Shown piece by piece: positions 56,203-64,000 of a DNA stretch of 64,000 nt. Position 1 is the stretch's first letter, and every line of letters begins with the position of its first letter. The stretch is from Eledone cirrhosa (lineage: Eukaryota), in assembly GCA_964016885.1 (NCBI GenBank), contig OZ024743.1, positions 66,030,001 through 66,094,000 on the forward strand. Reading direction: 5' to 3'. A program made the translations under genes and the position numbers. The notes under the pieces were generated by a model that worked only from the letters and a program-made list of their open reading frames with translations, had not been told where the DNA came from and searched no databases.

Positions 56203-56558
56203 AAGTTAAATAAAAGTCAAATGATTAAAATTTAGCTTCGTTTATTACTGCTATATATATTTCAGTGACAGCCATCTTTGGCTGTGACCTCTTCAGGCAG
56301 TTTGAATTAGTATGGTATAGACATTGTACTTGTCTATACCATACTAATTCAAACTGCCTGAAGAGGTCACAGCCAAAGATGGCTGTCACTGAAATATATA
56401 TAGCAGTAATAAACGAAGCTAAATTTTAATCATTTGACTTTTATTTAACTTTATTTTACACTACTCCGGAGTAACCAAACCAACCTGCGCACTTCGTCGA
56501 GTGCTCCAGCCTGCATACTGAGGTGTTGGTATACAACCAACATAAACTCAAAATCTCT
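56196..56558 (+). mobile_element. Palindrome (128-bp arms, 7-nt loop) plus a tail of about 100 bp
   Basis: Arms 56196-56323 and 56331-56458; the tail matches 13975-14050. Confidence 0.85.
56353..56407 (+). ncRNA. Type I hammerhead, family H-AUA (mirror copy at 56247-56301, -)
   Basis: ACTGC-CTGAAGA-GGTC-ACAGCCA-AAGA-TGGCTGT-CACT-GAAAT-ATAT-ATA^GCAGT. Confidence 0.85.
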
Positions 56559-56576
56559 ATATATATATATATATAT

Positions 56577-56692
56577 AAGTTGGAATAGAATGAAACGAAA
56601 TTTCATTTCTCACTCTTAGTACGGCACTTACTTAAATGTAAGTATGTATGTATACGTACATACATATATGTATACAGACGTACAGTAGCATG

Positions 56693-56724
<32 letters not shown>

Positions 56725-57706
56725 TATACATACAGGCACACATATATACATGTACGTATCAGTTTAGCGAATATTTATTATAACATTCGCTTTGTTCGTT
56801 TGTACACAAACGGACAGCCTGATTTATGCCGTACGGTGTTAAGGCAACCACGTCACCTTTTTGTTCAACACTGACACAGGAACGATGTACTAGTTTCAAG
56901 CTTGTTAGCTATCGTCACCACCGTATACCCTTCTGCCAGATGGTTGAACGTTCGAAAGTATATACTTTCCTTATGAAAATTAACGGCTGAGCAGCCTAAT
57001 TTGCATATCGAGTGAGTTCAGTCGGCCAGGCGCACCGAAAACGATAAGTTGGAATAGAATGAAACGAAATTTCATTTCTCACTCTTAGTACGGCACTTAC
57101 TTAAATGTAAGTATGTATGTATACGTACATACATATATGTATACAGACGTACAGTAGCATGTATATAGATATATATATATACATATACATACAGGCACAC
57201 ATATATACATGTACGTATCAGTTTAGCGAATATTTATTATAACATTCGCTTTGTTCGTTTGTACACAAACGGACAGCCTGATTTATGCCGTACGGTGTTA
57301 AGGCAACCACGTCACCTTTTTGTTCAACACTGACACAGGAACGATGTACTAGTTTCAAGCTTGTTAGCTATCGTCAGCACCGTATACCCTTCTGCCAGAT
57401 GGTTGAACGTTCGAAAGTATATACTTTCCTTATGAAAATTAACGGCTGAGCAGCCTAATTTGCATATCGAGTGAGTTCAGTCGGCCAGGCGCACCGAAAA
57501 CGATAAGTTGGAATAGAATGAAACGAAATTTCATTTCTCACTCTTAGTACGGCACTTACTTAAATGTAAGTATGTATGTATACGTACATACATATATGTA
57601 TACAGACGTACAGTAGCATGTATATAGATATATATATATACATATACATACAGGCACACATATATACATGTACGTATCAGTTTAGCGAATATTTATTATA
57701 ACATTC
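56577..57706 (-). mobile_element. P2 retrozyme-like tandem array (about 2.4 units of 459-469 nt)
   Basis: Unit starts at 56577, 57046 and 57505; hammerheads at 56883-56923 (core C changed to G) and 57342-57382 (intact). Confidence 0.88.
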
Positions 57707-58306
57707 ACTTACTATATATATATATATATATAGTAAAAGTAAACAACAATTACAAGGTGTACAGTTACGAAAGGTGTTAGGTATTATATATAGATACTAC
57801 TACACCAAATGACCAGCCCTGTCCACTGTCCAATTGGTCAAGTATAGATTAAAATTGGCACTCCCAAAAATTCTTATTTAGATAAAATAAACCATTTACT
57901 CATGGTATTCTCATTAGAAACCCTTTATATACTTGTTTAGCAGTAAATTGAATTACCATCTGTCATATACTATCCCCTCTCTTCTTCCTCTATTACTAAT
58001 ATAAATACTTCAATTTTTCTGATTTTATCCAATTTATCCAAAATCTCTGATGAAGTGACAACTGATTATACATTTGCTATCGAATACTTGCTAACATTAT
58101 ATGATTACGCAAGCAGCGATACATAGGTATTCCGTCTGTTACAGAAACATATGTCAATTCCTTTTTTTAAAAAAAGCACTTTCATTTTATATTCATCTTT
58201 TCTACATTTTCTCCGGAATATAATTTATACTCGTTGAGCAAACCTACACGTACGCTGTTCATCTCTAACGTAACGATATATTATCACTACATTATTGATA
58301 ACCTGA

Positions 58307-58399
<93 letters not shown>

Positions 58400-58459
58400 T
58401 GGAACTAGCTGTGGAAATGGCAAGAGTTTGGCCGCCGTGTCCCGACTCATTATAGTATA

Positions 58460-59250
<791 letters not shown>

Positions 59251-59482
59251 TTATATATATATATATATATATCAGAATCAGCTGAAAAGTTCATAGGCTG
59301 ACTATGAAGGATTGATGCTAGAGATGTGAAATCTTGCATGTATTAATTTCCTCTTTTTTTTTCAAATTAATAACTGCATTGATTCTTTCCAGTGACTATG
59401 TTGAAAAATAAACCTCAATTGGTCATTCCATGAGAGTATCTTGGTCAGTTTATGAACCTTTTTGCCGACCCTCACACACACA

Positions 59483-59561
<79 letters not shown>

Positions 59562-59866
59562 GATTAAGCTCATGTTCCTTGAGGTTACTGGAGTATGATG
59601 TAGAAGTCATGCTTCCATGTTGTAATCTAGATCAAGTCATCCAGGCAGAAAAAATCCATTGTCCCCACGAGAGGATATTAGCCAACTATTGCCAATTAAC
59701 GAAACACACGTCAATTACACATAGCTTGGATTACTTAGATCGTTAAGTAGTGAGAAATCGTACATATTTGTGTGTATGTATGTATCAGTATGTATGTATC
59801 AGTATGTATGTATCAGTATGTATGTATCAGTATGTATGTATCAGTATGTATGTATCAGTATGTATG

Positions 59867-60691
59867 TTATCTCTTTCTCTTAATTTCGAGTATATTTTTT
59901 TGACCGGCCACCTTCCTGGTGGCAAGGTTGTAAAAGAAAAGAAACTGTCATCCCTTGAATCGCAAGAATGTTTTGCAAATTTTGAAGGTGCCAGCTATCG
60001 CAGCCATTTGTAGACTATGAATTAGGGAGCTGCGCTCTTTGTCCGCAAATCCAAGTTCAGTTATACTTTGGTCCAAGCGTGTTGGTATATAACCCGTAGC
60101 TCCAATAATGATGGGTTTGAAGCTAAAGGTGTATCTTGGATACTGGATTTGTAAACTCCTCATCAATGGTACGTAGATGTCCTCCTTCTCATGTATTTTC
60201 TGACAACGTTTACATCAAGTGGGCAGCTGATCTCCACAACAGAACACGTTTTCAATGTGTGGTCCCAAACAACAATATCAGGCCGGTTGTGCTTTAATTT
60301 GGTGGCAGTTTTTATTTTCAGGTTCCACCAGTATTCCTTAGTACCATCTGTCTCAATATATTCTTCCTCGTTTGATGTTAATTTTGTTTTCCGAAGTGCG
60401 TTCCAGGTGGTTCTAGCTATCCCATCGTGTCTCATGGGGAGGTAGTAGCGAGATGACATTCTTTCGCAGCTGGCAACAATGTGGCTTACATCTTCGATCT
60501 TTGTTTTACATAGCCTACATTTATTGTCAGCTGATGGCCCTCCTCTTTTGTGTAGCAGATATTTGGTAGGGAGTTCTTGTTCCTGTATTGCATAGAGATA
60601 TCCCTCAAGGTGTGATGTTATAAACTTGTCGGAACTCCATGCCAGGCTTTTTGAGTGGTTTATCCCCTCTATGGTCTGTGTTTTACGTCTC

Positions 60692-60693
<2 letters not shown>
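59867..60693 (-). mobile_element. R4/Dong-clade 3' fragment, same family as 1101-1914
   Basis: CRLCKTKIEDVSHIVASC, RHD, HNRPDIVVWD, VEISCP; flanked by TATG/TATCAG repeats. Confidence 0.9.
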
Positions 60694-60722
<29 letters not shown>

Positions 60723-61283
60723 TGTATGTATGTATGTATGTATGTATGTATGTATGTATGTATGTATGTATGTATGTATGTATCAGTATGTCTGTATGTA
60801 TCAATATGTATGTATGTATCAGTATGTATGTATGTATCAGTATGTATGTATCAGTATGTATGTATCAGTATGTATGTATCAGTATGTATGTATGTATGTA
60901 TGTATGTATGTATGTATGTATGTATGTATGTATCAGTATGTATGTATGTATGTATCAGTATGTATCAGTATGTTTGTATGTATCAGTATGTATGTATGTA
61001 TCAGTATGTATGTATGTATGTATGTATGTATGTATGTATGTATGTATGTATGTATGTATGTATGTATGTATGTATGTATGTATGTATGTATCAGTATGTA
61101 TCAGTATGTTTGTATGTATCAGTATGTATGTATCAGTATGTATGTATGTATGTATGTATGTATGTATGTATGTATGTATGTATGTATGTATGTATGTATG
61201 TGTGTATGTATGTATCAGTATGTTTGTATGTATCAGTATGTATGTATGTATCAGTATGTATCAGTATGTTTGTATGTATCAGT
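60694..61283. repeat. (TATG)n array interspersed with TATCAG; also at 59772-59866
   Basis: Visible periodicity. Confidence 0.95.
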
Positions 61284-61523
61284 AACTCCTTGTGGAGTCG
61301 TAGGGAAAGTAATGACTTAAAAAATGTCATGGGCATTTTAAAAGGATGTAGAATCGATCTCGAAAGAATGACAATCAAAGTTATCTTCTGAGGAGTTGAA
61401 TTCAGATCGCAGATATCGGGACCGAATACACCCAAGCATTCTATCAGATGTTCTAATGATTCTGCCAATTCGCTGCATACATACATTTATTACATTATGT
61501 AAACGGAGTCATGCGCGCGCGCG

Positions 61524-61555
<32 letters not shown>

Positions 61556-61660
61556 ACAATATAATAAATGAAACAAAAATAAAACACAGGAGGCAAAATT
61601 ACAGTTATACCAGGTTCCCGCTCGGAGGAAGTGGATATATGCATATATATATATATATAA

Positions 61661-62678
61661 CTGAACAAAAGGGAAAAAACGAACTCAAACATATATATAT
61701 GTGTGTGTTCAAATCGTAATGGACCAAAATCGCTAAGGTCAAAAAATACTAACTACAGACAATAGGGTTTGCTGGACTCAATTTAAGAACAAATTAAGAA
61801 AAATAAATACAAACCAGTATTGTGGTAACTACCATCACCCAGACGGTCTTTGATATAACCGTTTCGCAATATTATTTGTGAAGAGAAATTCCAAATTGAG
61901 GCTCATCAGTGGGTGTTGAAATTAGTATACTCCTCACTTCTACTTCTAAATCAAATAGCAAACTGGAAAGTGTGTGTATATATAATGCACATGGTTCCCG
62001 AACTTAGCGTGACGCGTAGACATACGCCACTAAAAATAGCAGCCGCGTCTACACGACTTTTGAAATAGCTCTATACGGCTCGGAAAAGCCTTTTTCCTAG
62101 AGCTAATTTACTGTAATGAGAGTATTTTGAGTTTCTAACTCAATACAATCTTTTGATATATTCGGCTCCGTTAATTCGTAGAGCTATTTCAAATGTCGTG
62201 TAGACCCGGCTGCTATTTTTAGTGGCGTAAGTCTACGCAACACGCTAAGTTCGGGAACCATGTGCGTTATATATACACACACTTTCCAGTTTGCTATTTG
62301 ATTTAGAAGTAGAAGTGAGGAGTATAATAATTTCAACACCCACTGATGAGCCTCAATTTGGAATTTCTCTTCACAAATAATATTGCGAAACGGTTATATC
62401 AAAGACCGTCTGGGTGATGGTAGTTACCACAATACTGGTTTGTATTTATTTTTCTTAATTTGTTCTTAAATTGAGTCCAGCAAATCCTATTGTCTGTAGT
62501 TAGTATTTTTTCACCTTAGCGATTTTGGTCCATTACGATTTGAACACACACACATATATATATGTCTGTGTTCGTTTTTGCCTTTTTGTTCAGGCATATA
62601 CGGCTCGGAAAAGCCTTTTTCCTAGAGCTAATTTACTGTAATGAGACTATTTTGATTTTCTGACTCAATACAAGCTTT

Positions 62679-62684
<6 letters not shown>
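61661..62684 (+). mobile_element. Hammerhead element: inverted arm of about 410 bp plus a 525-nt unit with a direct terminal repeat of about 85 bp
   Basis: 61661-62073 is inverted relative to 62179-62593; TACGGCTCGGAAAAGCC.. occurs at 62074 and 62599. Confidence 0.85.
62337..62416 (+). ncRNA. Type I hammerhead with enlarged loops 2 and 3 (mirror copy at 61836-61915, -)
   Basis: CACCCA-CTGATGA-GC-(33 nt)-GC-GAAACGGT-TATATCAAAG-ACCGTC^TGGGTG. Confidence 0.85.
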
Positions 62685-62759
<75 letters not shown>

Positions 62760-62768
<9 letters not shown>

Positions 62769-63327
62769 GTATGTATATATATACATACTACTGTACGTCT
62801 GTATACATATATGAATGTACGTATACATACATACATTTAAGTACCAGCCGTACTAAGAGTGAGAAATGAAATTTCGTTTCATTCTTTTCCATTTAGCGTT
62901 TTCGGTGCGCCAGGCCGACTAACTCACTCGATATGCAAATTAGGCTGCTCAGCTGTTAATATGCATAAGGAAAGTATATACTTTCAGACGTACAACCATC
63001 TGACAGAAAGGTATACGATGCTGACGATAGTTAATAAGCTTGAAACTAGTACATTGTTCCTGTGTCAGTGTTGAACAAAAAGGTGACGATGGTTGCCTGA
63101 ACACTGTACGGCGTAATTCGGGCTGTTTGTTTACAAATAAACCGAGTATTATAATAAATGTCCGGTAAACCCATACGTACATATATATATATATGTGCAT
63201 GTATGTATATATATACATACTACTGTACGTCTGTATACATATATGTATGTACGTATACATACATATATTTAAGTAGCAGCCGTACTAAGAGTGAGAAATG
63301 AAATTTCGTTTCATTCTTTTCCATTTA
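62760..63327 (+). mobile_element. P2 retrozyme-like element (432-nt period, about 1.3 units)
   Basis: TACTAAGAGTGAGAAATG at 62851 and 63283; hammerhead at 63016-63056. Confidence 0.82.
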
Positions 63328-64000
63328 TATATATATATATAAATATATATATAAATATAAATATGTGTGTGTGTCAGTATATTCATATATATATATATAT
63401 ATGTATATATTCGCGTGTGTATGTCTGTGTGTTTGTAAAAAAAAATATATATATAATGTAAATGATTGAACTGACAGAGTAACCTACATGCCGTCGAAAC
63501 ATCCATAATCTCACATTGGCAATATATTTTGTGTACATTACTAGGTGACTTTCTTTGTTTCTGTAACAATCTAAACTATAATAAAGTAAGGAGTGCGGGA
63601 CCGCGTCTAGAATATATTTAAAAAAAATAAATAATGAATGAATATTACATAATTTATCTACTAAATTTCGTTATTCTTGATTAAATATTTTTGCTTATTT
63701 TAAGATCCAATTCATTAAAATTCTCATATGTCAAAACTTCCGGTTAGCGACCGCTTAAATAAACATTCATATATTTCCGTCACTAATTTTCTATCGTCTT
63801 TTTTTAATGTATCATGATTACGTTACTGATTACATAAGACAGTGTAACGCAGTCTTCGTTCAATTTCTGTGTATATTGTCAATTACGATTTTATTTGATG
63901 TATCTTAACTACATGCATATATGCTTGCGTATAATATCAATGTACATTACACATGCTATCAATGCACATTACACATGCTAGTTTTATTTGATGGAAGCAA

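Noticed and set aside
56577-57706. CRISPR-like array or assembly duplication
   Set aside because: No repeat-spacer pattern; units differ slightly and the same family forms independent tandems elsewhere in the window

Overview
AT-rich, microsatellite-dense eukaryotic non-coding DNA. The SINE and repeat repertoire suggests a cephalopod (octopus-like) genome, which is an inference. I find no convincing host gene, and nearly all long ORFs in the track are translations of (TA)n/(CA)n/(CATA)n. The window is a patchwork of decayed mobile elements. These include R4/Dong-type and CRE-type RLE retrotransposon 3' fragments, RTE 3' ends with non-autonomous RTE-derived elements in (CATA)n, a dead DD37D (maT) transposon, mariner MITEs, two tRNA-derived SINE groups and probable Helitron ends. 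The main unexplained signal is a dense set of ORF-less elements inserted in (TA)n that carry type I hammerhead ribozymes (stem I-CUGANGA-stem II-GAAA-stem III-NUH-stem I'). I count about 20 motifs from roughly 8 sequence families. They occur as 430-525 nt tandem units (retrozyme/circRNA-like) and as arm+arm+tail palindromes (Penelope-like architecture), and several palindromes fold back exactly at ribozyme stem II. All folds and coordinates were read by eye and need computational confirmation.
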